Of a stretch of 64,000 nucleotides of DNA, positions 1 through 9,734 are shown piece by piece. The first letter of the stretch is position 1, and every line of letters starts with the position of its first letter. Source of the stretch: Promethearchaeota archaeon (GTDB taxonomy: Archaea; Asgardarchaeota; Lokiarchaeia; Sigyniarchaeales; SOKP01); NCBI GenBank assembly GCA_016839765.1, contig JAEOTP010000015.1:15978-79977 (forward strand), given 5' to 3'. The translations under genes were made by a program, and so were the position numbers. The notes beneath the pieces were generated by a model. The model saw nothing but the letters and a program-made list of their open reading frames with translations. It ran no database searches and had not been told where the DNA came from.

Positions 1-789
1 CGGATTCAAACTGATCATAAATTAATGTTAAGAAAAATGACCCAATGGTGCAAAGAAAACTCTAAATTACGAGAACAATTAGTATATATCTTAACAAGCG
101 CCGGAAGTCCTCGTTTCGCAAGTCAATTATTAAAACAAAGGGCTCCTCAAATAAAACATTTTCATGTTGGGCCAGCTTTGTGGTTGATTGATAAGATTGT
201 CGGTTCTGGATGTGATGGAATTGTTGCTACGGGTACAGAAGGTGGTGGGCATCAAAGTTATGAAGGGATTAGTACTCTTGTTTTAGTTCAACAAGCAGTA
301 ATAAAATATCCAGATAAACCTGTAATAGCATGTGGTGGTATTTCTAGCCCAGAAGGTGTAGCTTCTGGATTAGCTATGGGTGCTGATGCCGTTGCTATGG
401 GTACCAGGTTTATTGCTTCAAAGGAAAGCGAATTTCATCCTAATTATAAAGCTCTTATCCCTCCAGCGACTGCTCGGGACACATTACTAACTACAGGAGG
501 TTTTGGACCAATAAGATTATTAAAAAATAAATATTCTTTGGAGCATGGAGAAATTATGACAAAAGAACAAAAGGTTTCCCAAGAGCTTGCATATAATATG
601 GATGAATATTTAAAAGATCTTTATGCGTATGAAGTTGTTTATACTAAAGGGGATATAGAGAATGGAGCAATACCGGTAGGTCAAACATGTGGATTAATTG
701 ATTCTATAATGGATGTAGATGATATTATTACTAGTTTCTCAGATGGAGCTGAAAAGATCTTAAAGGATTTATGTTCTAAAATTTCATAA
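1..789 (+). CDS. Nitronate monooxygenase / FabK-like FMN oxidoreductase, C-terminal ~260 aa (5' end outside the window)
   Basis: The frame is open from nt 1 (RIQTDHKL precedes the first Met at 25). 'ACGGISSPEGVASGLAMGADAVAMGTRFIASKESEF' fits the GG..G...GA..V..GTRF FMN-binding signature of the NMO/2-nitropropane dioxygenase family. Confidence 0.75.
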   Translation, partial: RIQTDHKLMLRKMTQWCKENSKLREQLVYILTSAGSPRFASQLLKQRAPQIKHFHVGPALWLIDKIVGSGCDGIVATGTEGGGHQSYEGISTLVLVQQAVIKYPDKPVIACGGISSPEGVASGLAMGADAVAMGTRFIASKESEFHPNYKALIPPATARDTLLTTGGFGPIRLLKNKYSLEHGEIMTKEQKVSQELAYNMDEYLKDLYAYEVVYTKGDIENGAIPVGQTCGLIDSIMDVDDIITSFSDGAEKILKDLCSKIS

Positions 790-796
790 TTATTTC

Positions 797-1411
797 TTAA
801 ATATCTTTTCTCCAGAATTTTGGAATTAAAGCTCCTACATTCTTTTTATAAAAAAGATAACCTTCACCAAATCTTTTTATTAAATCTTTTTCCTCAAAAT
901 ATATCACGATCGGAGTTATTAGTACCATTAATGATATTATCCAGATTAAAAGGAATAGAGAATTTAATATCAAACATAAAATAATAAATAAAAGTATACT
1001 TCCTGAGATTTGTGGATGTCTAATCTGTTTATAAATTCCTCCATACATTTTAGTGTCTTTAGAAGTCTCTATAGTTTCTTTTCCAGCATCTTTTAGTGCC
1101 CTTATTAAGATATAGAAGCTTGGAACCGCAATTAAGATTGCAATAATTATCAAAAAGAGATAATTTTCTGAAATTCTACAATTAAGAACAGAAATAGGAA
1201 ACCAAATCCACAATAAAATTGAGATAATTAAAATTAAAAATATAATATCTGATAGAACCCTAAAAATAGCACATAATTTCCACGATCTTTCTCCAATCTT
1301 CTCTTCTCGAGTTGCGGGTATAACACTTAATATATAAAAGAAGAAAGTTAGAAAAATACTCAGATTAAGAGTTAAAAAGTTAATCCAACTTAATATTTCA
1401 AACAACGACAT
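797..1411 (-). CDS. Polytopic membrane methyltransferase, ICMT/PEMT (isoprenylcysteine carboxyl / phospholipid methyltransferase) family
   Basis: Five to six hydrophobic segments. The C-terminal 'GIYKQIRHPQISG...YFEEKDLIKRFGEGY' resembles the RHPxY...EE..L...FG..Y motif of this family. Confidence 0.6.
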   Translation of the reverse strand: MSLFEILSWINFLTLNLSIFLTFFFYILSVIPATREEKIGERSWKLCAIFRVLSDIIFLILIISILLWIWFPISVLNCRISENYLFLIIIAILIAVPSFYILIRALKDAGKETIETSKDTKMYGGIYKQIRHPQISGSILLFIILCLILNSLFLLIWIISLMVLITPIVIYFEEKDLIKRFGEGYLFYKKNVGALIPKFWRKDI

Positions 1412-1458
1412 TTTGCATTAACCTAATAAAATAACTTTATATTTTCATAATCAATATT

Positions 1459-1896
1459 TTAGATTTTTGGCTTATATAATTTTTTATCTGGGATAAAACT
1501 CATCATAACTAGGTCTTTTCTAATCTCCCAGCCTAATTTACTATAAAAAGCTATAACATCTTCATTATGTCTTTCGATGAATAAATGTATTTTATGAACT
1601 CCTTTTTGTTGAAATCTTTCTATTAACTCATCCATTAATAATGTACCATATCCTTTTTTCTGATATTCTGGGTCAATAGCTAAATGATGTACATACCCTC
1701 TTCTGCCATCAAAACCACCCATTATTATAGCTATAACTTTTTCATCTATTTTTGCAATTAAGCAAAGATCCGGGTTTCTATTTAACATTACATTAAGTTC
1801 ATCTTTGGTATCTGAAGATGTAATACTAATTCCAGTTCTTTTCCAGATCTCTACAACATCTTCATAAAATTGTAAGGAAAAATTTTCGATCTTCAT
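1459..1896 (-). CDS. GNAT family N-acetyltransferase
   Basis: 145 aa. 'RRGYVHHLAIDPEYQKKGYGTLLMDELIE' is the acetyl-CoA-binding motif A (Q/R-x-x-G-x-G/A). Confidence 0.8.
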   Translation of the reverse strand: MKIENFSLQFYEDVVEIWKRTGISITSSDTKDELNVMLNRNPDLCLIAKIDEKVIAIIMGGFDGRRGYVHHLAIDPEYQKKGYGTLLMDELIERFQQKGVHKIHLFIERHNEDVIAFYSKLGWEIRKDLVMMSFIPDKKLYKPKI

Positions 1897-1903
1897 GGTT
1901 TCT

Positions 1904-4018
1904 TCACGAATTATTAGAGGAGAACATATTTAACTTATTAATTTTTTTCCTAATTTCAATTTTCTTTTCTATAATCTCAATTACATAGGATGAAATTTTC
2001 TTCCTTTTGTTAATATCGGATGGTAAAGGCAAAGCAACTTCCATGATACGATTACCTAATGTTGCTATTGTTCCTTGTACAAATGTAATTGCTTGAATTT
2101 GCTTCTGAACGATATCAAGATTAATAAGGTATAATAATAAGTATGAATCAATAGCTTTATCATTTTCAAGTGCTTTAATTTGATAAATATGGCTTTGGAT
2201 GATAATTTTTGTATCCAATTCTGTAATATATGCTGTCTTTCCAATTAAGTTAGGTCCTCCATCTTTAACTAAAAGAATATCTCCTGCTTCAATGTTTTGT
2301 TTATCCTTATATAACTCATAAACTTCTTCCGAAGTTTTTTTATTTGAATCGAGATTTACCTCCCAATTATGAATTTCACTCGTACGTATAAAAGGAATTC
2401 CCCCTAATCCATAAACATGAGAACCAATTTCATCTCCACGGGGAAGATACCCATTTTTATTAGTATAGATTATGTTTTGTTCAATTAAATCTCCGAAAGT
2501 AGTTAATATTACATCTTTTTTAGTAGATAATGATTTGAGTGTTTTTTCAACTCCCGTATAATAACTTGGTATAAAAATTTCGTTTTTTATTTGACTTCTT
2601 TTAATTTTAAATATCTTTTGGCGTTTGAAATAATCAAAATCTTCATCATTTATTAATTCTAAATGTAAATCTAATAACTCATCATTAATGGTTGGCTTTC
2701 CATCTGAATCAAGTTTTTTACTACCATCCTTATTTAGTTTGTATAATACTTTTCCATCTTTATTATGACCAACATTATCTACAATAGCAAAATCAATCGT
2801 GTAGTCTTCTGGTACATTTTTAAGTTTCTGGAAAAATAAAATACTAGCTTTATTACATGTATAAGGCTGAAATGTGTTTTGATCTAATGAAATAACCCCT
2901 AAAATTTGACCATTTGAGTTTAAATATTCCCAGATATACCTATCTGTTGGATTACCAAATATTCCTTCTGGTAAAACTATTCCCAATTTCCCTCCATTTT
3001 TAAGTAATTGGACACATCTTTCAATAAACAAAATTTGTGGTGGTTGTTGTTTAACAAGTTTATTTTGCATTACCCATTTATTTCTGGTATTTTTCCATAT
3101 ATGTCCAAATTGATAATTGGATAAAATAGACTTATCATTAATTGGAATTTTAGAACCAAAAGGAGGATTAGTAATAATATAGTCAAATGAATTATCTTTT
3201 ATTATTTTCCTTGCTTCAGTCTGATATCCTTTTACATCTAAGGAATCTTCACAAAATATATAAGATTTTTCACCACTCAGAATCTCTAAATATAATTTAC
3301 ATAGTTTGACTAAAAACGAGTCTTTATCTATACCATATAAATTAGAAATAACTCCAAACTTCTTCTCTTCAATATTTTTTTCATCCGCTCTAAACTTTTT
3401 TTCAATTTTTAGCCAAAGTAAATCTTTACTTTCAAGTAAAAAACCTCCATGACCACAAGCAGGATCCAAAATGTAATCATCTATTTCTGGATTTAAATAA
3501 TTTACCATAAATTTTATTACATTAAAGGGTGTAAAAAATTGCCCTCCCTCATCCTTTAGTATCTTACTTACGAAGATTTCAAAAGCATCACTCAAAATGT
3601 CTCGAGAAGAATGTAAGAGTGAAATATTTTGTAATTCTCTTACAACTAGATAGACTAATTCTTGGTTTAGATTAATTTTTTCATCCTTACCGATTATATC
3701 TTTGTATTTCTCCTTAACATTTCTATTAAAAAAATCTTGGATTCTCAAAAATAAAGTGTATTCATTTTCCCCTTTTTTTATACAGAAATCAACAGGTTCT
3801 GCCGAAGATTTGTTTTTTTCATCAATTATTTTGCACAAAAGTAAATTTATAATTTCTTTAGACCTTGATCTAGTATCAGTATCTGTATACTTTAATTTTC
3901 CGTAAAGATGTTGGTTGATCTGAGAAAACGTCTTTTTTAAGTTTGTTACTTTGATTAAATCTTTCTTCTTTAATATTTCTGAATCCTCTTCTATATAATC
4001 TGTGATTTTAGCAGACAT
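1904..4018 (-). CDS. N6-adenine DNA methyltransferase (HsdM-like catalytic core) fused to one HsdS-like target recognition domain
   Basis: 'GQFFTP', motif I 'ILDPACGHGGFLL' and motif IV 'ITNPPFG' are present. The C-terminal ~250 aa ('LLVKDGGPNLIGKTAYI...TLGNRIMEVALPLP') looks like a type I S-subunit TRD. I see no nuclease motif and no adjacent endonuclease gene. Confidence 0.8.
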   Translation of the reverse strand: MSAKITDYIEEDSEILKKKDLIKVTNLKKTFSQINQHLYGKLKYTDTDTRSRSKEIINLLLCKIIDEKNKSSAEPVDFCIKKGENEYTLFLRIQDFFNRNVKEKYKDIIGKDEKINLNQELVYLVVRELQNISLLHSSRDILSDAFEIFVSKILKDEGGQFFTPFNVIKFMVNYLNPEIDDYILDPACGHGGFLLESKDLLWLKIEKKFRADEKNIEEKKFGVISNLYGIDKDSFLVKLCKLYLEILSGEKSYIFCEDSLDVKGYQTEARKIIKDNSFDYIITNPPFGSKIPINDKSILSNYQFGHIWKNTRNKWVMQNKLVKQQPPQILFIERCVQLLKNGGKLGIVLPEGIFGNPTDRYIWEYLNSNGQILGVISLDQNTFQPYTCNKASILFFQKLKNVPEDYTIDFAIVDNVGHNKDGKVLYKLNKDGSKKLDSDGKPTINDELLDLHLELINDEDFDYFKRQKIFKIKRSQIKNEIFIPSYYTGVEKTLKSLSTKKDVILTTFGDLIEQNIIYTNKNGYLPRGDEIGSHVYGLGGIPFIRTSEIHNWEVNLDSNKKTSEEVYELYKDKQNIEAGDILLVKDGGPNLIGKTAYITELDTKIIIQSHIYQIKALENDKAIDSYLLLYLINLDIVQKQIQAITFVQGTIATLGNRIMEVALPLPSDINKRKKISSYVIEIIEKKIEIRKKINKLNMFSSNNS

Positions 4019-4124
4019 TTGATAAAGTTAGGTATAAATTTGTTTTTTTTGCTTCTTATTCTATAAATCTCTATTGCTATTCAAATTATTATTCTTTTTT
4101 ATTAAGTGAAAATTAATCTTATTT

Positions 4125-4910
4125 ATGTCTTCGAATGAATTAAATTTGGGGGAATATATTGAATTTTCAATTAAACGACGGTTTGGAATAATAACGCTTA
4201 ATAGAGTTGATAGATCTAATGCTTTTAATATTGAACAACTAGAATATCTGAAAAATGCATTAATTCATTGCCAACAAAATGAAAAAATTAAAGGGGTGAT
4301 ACTTACCGCAAATGGAGATAGTTTTACTACAGGGATGGATTTACGTGCTGTGACGTCCTATGATTATGAAGGCGTAAAAAAATTAGAACAATTAGCTGCT
4401 CAAGTTTGTGAATTATTATATAATGGTAAACCTTCTATTTGTGCTATTAACGGGCGCACATTGGGGGAAGGGGTTGTATTTTTGGTCTGCTGTGATTACC
4501 GCATCGCTATAAAAGACAGTTTCTTTCAAATGCCTGAAATTAATTCTGCTATATTTCCAGGTACAGGGTGTGTTATTTTATTTTCTAAAATAATAGGAAT
4601 ATCTTGGACTAAGAAAATGCTCATGTTTTCAGAAAAATTAGATGCTTCAAAGGCTTTAGAAATAGGTCTAATTGATCAGATTGTTGATTCAAAAGAAGAT
4701 CTTATGAATTTTGCCATGGAGAAAGCAAAGTTTCTTTACTCAAAAAATCAAACTGTTATAAATGCAATCAAGTTATTAAGTAATCATCTACTTGATAAAA
4801 GTTTCAAAGAAGGTTATGAGTTAGAAAAAATAGGTTCTGACTGGTATAAATTTGAAAAAAAAGACGAAATGATTTATAATATACGAGAAAAGTTTAATTG
4901 GAAACCATAA
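4125..4910 (+). CDS. Enoyl-CoA hydratase/isomerase (crotonase) family protein
   Basis: 'GVILTANGDSFTTGMDL' and 'NGRTLGEGVVFLVCCDYRIA...MPEINSAIFPGTG' are typical crotonase oxyanion-hole segments. Confidence 0.8.
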   Translation: MSSNELNLGEYIEFSIKRRFGIITLNRVDRSNAFNIEQLEYLKNALIHCQQNEKIKGVILTANGDSFTTGMDLRAVTSYDYEGVKKLEQLAAQVCELLYNGKPSICAINGRTLGEGVVFLVCCDYRIAIKDSFFQMPEINSAIFPGTGCVILFSKIIGISWTKKMLMFSEKLDASKALEIGLIDQIVDSKEDLMNFAMEKAKFLYSKNQTVINAIKLLSNHLLDKSFKEGYELEKIGSDWYKFEKKDEMIYNIREKFNWKP

Positions 4911-5014
4911 ATGTTTTTTATCTTATTTAAATACTTTATTATAAATACATGAAAATATTAAGGAGATGAAAAGTAATTTCTTGGGAAGAATTTAATGAAT
5001 ATCCTCATTCGATT

Positions 5015-6658
5015 GTGGGAGTTATAAAAAAATGGGCTAAAGAACGCCCCAATAAAAAAGCACTTATTATATATGACACCAGTAAGGAAGTAACTTTTAA
5101 AGAGTTTAATGAAGCAATTAATATTATGGCATTTAAACTTTTCAATATGGGATTTAGAAAAGGAGACATCATAATAACCTCATTACCTTTTCTGTATGAA
5201 CATATTATTTTAGGATATGCGTGCGCAAAACTAGGTGTAATTTGGACACCATTAGACCTTAGATTGAAACCTCCAGAAATTATTAAATGCTTAGAATTAT
5301 TAAAAGAAAAAGCAAAAATGTATTGCCATTTAGGAAAGACGTCTGTAGCAAATTTCGGAATGATTGGTGCAGCGATTATGAAAAATAATCCTTGGTTACA
5401 ATATGTAGTACAATTCAGCACACCTGACGATAAATATAGAAAAGGGATAATTCCCGCATATCAGATTGTTGAGGAAGCAAAAAATGAAATGTCTGAAGCT
5501 ACAAAAAAACCTGACACTATGAAAGAGTTTAATGAGGAATGTGCTAGAGTTAGTGAAAATGACCCTATTATGATTGTTTTTACTACAGGGAGTACAGGCT
5601 TTCCTAAACCTGCTATGCTCACAAATCTGGGAATTACATGTCAAAATCTGTGTTTATCTAAAGGACTTAAAGCAGACTCTAATGACATTATGCTAGTAAA
5701 CCTTCCTCCGTCTCATGTTGGAGGAACTACAGAACAATTAATGACACCACTATTTAAAGGAGGAACCTGTGTGGTGCTTCATATTTTTGATCCCGCAAAA
5801 ACCCTTGATGCTATTCAAAAATATAAGGTTACTATAATGGGTCAAATCCCCGCTTTATTTGTAATGGAATGGAGATTACCGAATTATAGTCAATATGATT
5901 TAAGTTCACTTAAATTTGCTATTGCCGCTGGTCAACCTGTTGATAAACCATTCCTCGAAAAATTATCTGAAATGGCTCCAAATTTATTTACTGGTTTAGG
6001 ATTAACTGAAAGTTCTGGATTTTGTTCATATACTCCAACTGACCTCACTCTGGATGAATTTACTGGAACATTAGGTTATGATTTCCCAATTTACCCCATG
6101 ACTATTAGAAAGCCTATGAAAGAGGATGGGAGTGCAGGTAATGAACTTCCAGAAGGAGAAATCGGTGAAATATGTTATAATGGTCCCCAAACTTTTCTTG
6201 GTTATTTTGGTAATGAAGAAGCAACAAGAAAAACATTATCTACTGATGGATATCTTTATACTGGAGATATGGGTTTTATTGATAGCAAGGGTCTCCATCT
6301 TTCTGGTCGTAGAAAATTTCTTATCAAACCTAAAGGATTTCAAGTTTTTCCACCCGAAGTTGAGACATTTATTGCTGAATTGCCTCAAGTTGAGTTTGTT
6401 GGTGTTGTTGGAGCTAAACATGAAATATTCACAGAGGGCGTTGTTGTTTATATAAAATTAAGAGAGGGGCAAAGTTTAACTGAAAAAGAAGTGTTTGATC
6501 ATTGTAAAGGGATAGCTGCTTATAAAAGACCATCCTTAGTTGTGTTTCTAGATGAATTTCCGCTCAATCGTGTGGCCAAAACCGATTATGTAGCTCTTAA
6601 GGAGCGTGTAGAAAAGGATATTGAAGAAGCTAGAGCAATAGGGGGATGGGATACTTAA
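5015..6658 (+). CDS. AMP-dependent acyl-CoA synthetase/ligase (start uncertain, see finding at 4961-5017)
   Basis: 'TTGSTGFPKPAMLTN' (AMP-binding motif), 'GLGLTESSG', 'YTGDMGFID' and 'GRRKFLIKPKGFQVFPPEVE' are present. The listed start is GTG at 5015, but conserved-looking sequence continues upstream in frame. Confidence 0.85.
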   Translation: MGVIKKWAKERPNKKALIIYDTSKEVTFKEFNEAINIMAFKLFNMGFRKGDIIITSLPFLYEHIILGYACAKLGVIWTPLDLRLKPPEIIKCLELLKEKAKMYCHLGKTSVANFGMIGAAIMKNNPWLQYVVQFSTPDDKYRKGIIPAYQIVEEAKNEMSEATKKPDTMKEFNEECARVSENDPIMIVFTTGSTGFPKPAMLTNLGITCQNLCLSKGLKADSNDIMLVNLPPSHVGGTTEQLMTPLFKGGTCVVLHIFDPAKTLDAIQKYKVTIMGQIPALFVMEWRLPNYSQYDLSSLKFAIAAGQPVDKPFLEKLSEMAPNLFTGLGLTESSGFCSYTPTDLTLDEFTGTLGYDFPIYPMTIRKPMKEDGSAGNELPEGEIGEICYNGPQTFLGYFGNEEATRKTLSTDGYLYTGDMGFIDSKGLHLSGRRKFLIKPKGFQVFPPEVETFIAELPQVEFVGVVGAKHEIFTEGVVVYIKLREGQSLTEKEVFDHCKGIAAYKRPSLVVFLDEFPLNRVAKTDYVALKERVEKDIEEARAIGGWDT

Positions 6659-6670
6659 TTAAAAATAATT

Positions 6671-6720
6671 CCATGATTTATGTATTTCTTGATTAAATTT
6701 ACATAATCTTTAAATCATGG
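6671..6720 (+). terminator. Perfect 10-bp inverted repeat (CCATGATTTA / TAAATCATGG, 30-nt spacer) just after the acyl-CoA synthetase stop
   Basis: Read directly: 6671-6680 is the reverse complement of 6711-6720. Its position 13 nt after the stop codon suggests a 3'-end structure. Function untested. Confidence 0.3.
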
Positions 6721-6844
6721 TTTAAGTTTATAATCCATAACGACCTATACATATGTGATTTTATTAAAAACAAACCTTTGACTAAAAAAGCTGAAAATCT
6801 TATTAAAGAATATTTAAAAGCAATCTGTTTATAGGTGAAAGAAA

Positions 6845-7141
6845 GTGGCTAAGAAAAAGAAGGTTGAAGATGATACAGAAAAAGTCTTTATTGGCAAAAA
6901 GAAATCTATGAGTTATGTCATGGCAGCAATGGTTATTTTAAATGATAAACCAGTAAGACTTCTTGCTCGGGGTAGATCAATCTCTAGAGCAGTAGATGTA
7001 GCCGAAATTCTTATTAATAAATTTGTCCGCGGGGCGACTTATGGAGAAATAAAAATTGATACTGAAATAATAACTAATGATGATAATACTCAAACAAATG
7101 TATCATCTATTGAAATTGAAGTAATTCCACCTAAGAAATAA
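6845..7141 (+). CDS. albA: Alba (Sso10b) DNA/RNA-binding chromatin protein
   Basis: 98 aa with a GTG start after 'aggtgaaag'. 'VFIGKKKSMSYVMAAMVILNDKPVRLLARGRSISRAVDVAEIL' matches the conserved Alba core. Confidence 0.8.
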   Translation: MAKKKKVEDDTEKVFIGKKKSMSYVMAAMVILNDKPVRLLARGRSISRAVDVAEILINKFVRGATYGEIKIDTEIITNDDNTQTNVSSIEIEVIPPKK

Positions 7142-7188
7142 TTCATGTCAAAACCAAATAACTAGGAGAAAATCAGGAGACTTTCTCG

Positions 7189-7207
7189 TTTATTTTTTTT
7201 ATTTTTT
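7189..7207. terminator. Oligo-T tract between convergent genes (alba and the CooT-like gene)
   Basis: 'tttattttttttattttttt' sits between the two stop codons. Oligo-T is the usual archaeal termination signal for the plus-strand transcript. Confidence 0.4.
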
Positions 7208-7240
7208 AATTATCCTACTATGTTTGAGAACCTACTATTG

Positions 7241-7540
7241 TTATAGTGTTTTTTTAATGGCTTCTAATTCATTTTGAAGTGTTTCTATTTGTTCCTTTGT
7301 AGCTGAATTATCATTTATGCTCTTGAGTAGTTTAATGAAATCCCCAATAAGTGAATGTTCTAATACCATACATGTTTGATTTAATGTATTTACGTCCAGA
7401 ATTAAGGTTGATTTTAAGGTTTCTCCTATTCCTAACACATCTTTACATACTAATTCATAATTTTCATTGTAGGATAATACAACAACATCTTCTAATATCT
7501 GAGAACCATCGTTTTTCCTAATAATTTTAAATTCACACAT
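7241..7540 (-). CDS. cooT: CooT-like small nickel-binding protein with an extra C-terminal helix
   Basis: It starts 'MCEFKIIRKNDGSQILEDVVVL...', matching the Met-Cys-Glu N-terminus and beta-rich ~60-aa core of the CooT family. It lies divergently next to the CODH/ACS genes. Confidence 0.5.
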   Translation of the reverse strand: MCEFKIIRKNDGSQILEDVVVLSYNENYELVCKDVLGIGETLKSTLILDVNTLNQTCMVLEHSLIGDFIKLLKSINDNSATKEQIETLQNELEAIKKTL

Positions 7541-7694
7541 GTTAAACTTTTCACTAAATTTTTAAATATATACGCTTTAAATCTGCTTTAATTAAATAAA
7601 ACTAAATTTTTTAAAATAGGCTTAATAATTTAAAATATAACAATTATTTTAAAATATATACATAAAAACTTAAACAGAGGAAATTGGTGGAATT

Positions 7695-8225
7695 ATGGCA
7701 AGACCATATCAAAAAGCGAATATTCCCGGGCCAGAGATGGGTACAACTGTTTTTGAACCGCAAGTTATGGCTAACATTCTAAAGGCTCCAAAGAATAAAG
7801 TCCTTGTTATAGGAGCTGAATCCTTAACTTGGGAGCTTGATGGCAAGAAAGTTGCTGATTATTATATCGAAATTGCAAAGAAGCTAGATTGTCATGTCGT
7901 TGCTACTGGACATACCTACAAGTATTTAAAAGAAAAAATTGATTTAAATAAGCTTTGGGATATGTCCCTAATTAATATCACGGGAAGACTAGTTGATAAA
8001 GATTGGGAAGGATTGGATGGAAAAGGTCAATATAATATGGCTATTTTTGGGGGCCATCTTGTATTTTATGTGAGTCAAACCCTAAGTCGTATTAAGAATT
8101 TCTCAAACTGGGTAAGAACTATTGAATTAGATAAATATGCACATCCAAATGCGCGTTTTAGCTTGCCTAACTTTAGTGATAATGATTGGAAAGAGTTTTT
8201 AGAAAAATTAATTGAATTATTATAA
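7695..8225 (+). CDS. cdhB: Acetyl-CoA decarbonylase/synthase epsilon subunit (CdhB)
   Basis: 176 aa. 'DKDWEGLDGKGQYNMAIFGG...SQTLSRIKNFSN...TIELDKY' resembles my recollection of Methanosarcina CdhB ('DPKWPGLDGNGNYD...KNFSN'). It sits immediately upstream of cdhC. Confidence 0.7.
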   Translation: MARPYQKANIPGPEMGTTVFEPQVMANILKAPKNKVLVIGAESLTWELDGKKVADYYIEIAKKLDCHVVATGHTYKYLKEKIDLNKLWDMSLINITGRLVDKDWEGLDGKGQYNMAIFGGHLVFYVSQTLSRIKNFSNWVRTIELDKYAHPNARFSLPNFSDNDWKEFLEKLIELL

Positions 8226-8266
8226 TAAAAGAAAATTAAAACTAATATTATGAGGAGAAGTATAAA

Positions 8267-9673
8267 ATGAGTTTTTCAGATATGCCTGTAGATGTTGGCC
8301 CTGTATATGAGGGTGAACGTATCAGGGCAAACCAAATGTATGTAGAACTCGGCGGACCTAAAATTGAGAAACACTTTGAATTAGTTAGAGTTAAATCACC
8401 TAAAGAGATCAAGGATGGTCAAGTTATACTTCATGGTCCTGATATTAAGGACATGAAAGAAGGAGAAAGATATCCTATTGGAATTTTAGTAGAAGTTGCT
8501 GGACCTGAATTAGAAGAAGACTTAGAAGCTGTATTTGAAAGGCGAATTCATGAATTTTGCAACTTTGTAAATGGTATTATGCACTTAAATCAACGTTATA
8601 CTAATTGGATGCGCATTTCAAAATCCGCCTTTGAGAAAGGTTTAAATTCTTTCGATATGCTTGGAACAATTTTAATTAGGCTATATAAAGCAGAATTACC
8701 AATTATTGAGCAAGCTCAAGTCACCTTCTATACTGATGCAAAAGAAATTGAAAAACCTTACGATATGGCATTGGAAATCTACAATAAAAGAGATGAGAGA
8801 GCCAGAACAATCCATGATGAAGATGTCGATATGTTTTATGGATGTGTTTTGTGTCAATCTTTTGCTCCTACCCATGCATGCTGTATCACTCCTGATAGAA
8901 CTTCATTATGTGGTTCAATAAATTGGTTTGACGCCAGAGCTGCGGCAAAAGTAGATCCTAAAGGCCCTATCTATGAGGTACCACCTGGCGAGTGCATAAA
9001 TGAGCTGGCTGGAGAGTTTTCTGGTGTAAATGAAATGATTAAGAAACGTTCACTTGGTGAGATTGAAAGAATTTATCTTTACAGTGGAATGGAGTTCCCT
9101 CATACCTCGTGTGGCTGTTTTGAGGCAATTGATTTCTACATTCCTGAAGTAAATGGTCATGGAATTGTTGATCGCAACTATGGTGAAGTCGCTATAAATG
9201 GCTTACCTTTCTCAGCTATGGCCAACCAAACTGGGGGAGGAAAACAAATGCCTGGTTTCAATGGTGTGAGCATTCAGTACATCGCAAGTCCTAAATATCA
9301 AAAATATGACGGTGGTATTGAAACGATTGTCTGGATGCCTAAGGCTGTTAAAGATAGAATTGGAGAATTACTCCCACAAGACTTATTGCCAAAGATTGCA
9401 ACGGAGGAGGAAGTACAAGACATTAACCAGCTAAAAGATTTTCTAAAAGAGAAAGGTCATCCTGTTGTTGAGACTTGGGCAGAGCTTGAAGCAATGGAGG
9501 AAGAAGAGGAGGAATGGATAGAAGAAGGTGCAATGGTTCCTATGGGTACTGTTGGAATGACTATCCCAGGTGTTGGTGGCGCTGGTGGCTTTAAAGTGAT
9601 TCTAAAGAATTGCAAGATACATGCTGAGTCAATAATTATTAAGAAAATAGAACCTAAACGCAGAAAAAAATAA
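8267..9673 (+). CDS. cdhC: Acetyl-CoA synthase catalytic subunit, archaeal beta type (CdhC)
   Basis: 468 aa, the archaeal length, lacking the bacterial AcsB N-domain. 'CQSFAPTHACCITPDRTSLCG' and the A-cluster motif 'HTSCGCFE' are present. RBS 'gaggag' lies upstream. Confidence 0.9.
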   Translation: MSFSDMPVDVGPVYEGERIRANQMYVELGGPKIEKHFELVRVKSPKEIKDGQVILHGPDIKDMKEGERYPIGILVEVAGPELEEDLEAVFERRIHEFCNFVNGIMHLNQRYTNWMRISKSAFEKGLNSFDMLGTILIRLYKAELPIIEQAQVTFYTDAKEIEKPYDMALEIYNKRDERARTIHDEDVDMFYGCVLCQSFAPTHACCITPDRTSLCGSINWFDARAAAKVDPKGPIYEVPPGECINELAGEFSGVNEMIKKRSLGEIERIYLYSGMEFPHTSCGCFEAIDFYIPEVNGHGIVDRNYGEVAINGLPFSAMANQTGGGKQMPGFNGVSIQYIASPKYQKYDGGIETIVWMPKAVKDRIGELLPQDLLPKIATEEEVQDINQLKDFLKEKGHPVVETWAELEAMEEEEEEWIEEGAMVPMGTVGMTIPGVGGAGGFKVILKNCKIHAESIIIKKIEPKRRKK

Positions 9674-9734
9674 TTTAATCTTTTTTTATTTACTTTTTAT
9701 TCCTGATTTTTTAATTATCCTAATTTAAATTCAA

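Noticed and set aside
3702-3905. 67-aa plus-strand ORF inside the methyltransferase gene
   Set aside because: It is antisense to a well-supported CDS, has low-complexity translation and has no start context.
5005-6455. ORFs 5005..5421(-), 5396..5644(-), 6126..6455(+), 6236..6421(-)
   Set aside because: All lie within or antisense to the acyl-CoA synthetase CDS. None has a recognisable motif.
8706-8921. 71-aa alternative-frame ORF inside cdhC; likewise 11041..11223(+) and 11094..11282(-) inside cooS
   Set aside because: They are embedded in strongly supported conserved genes, so they are chance ORFs.
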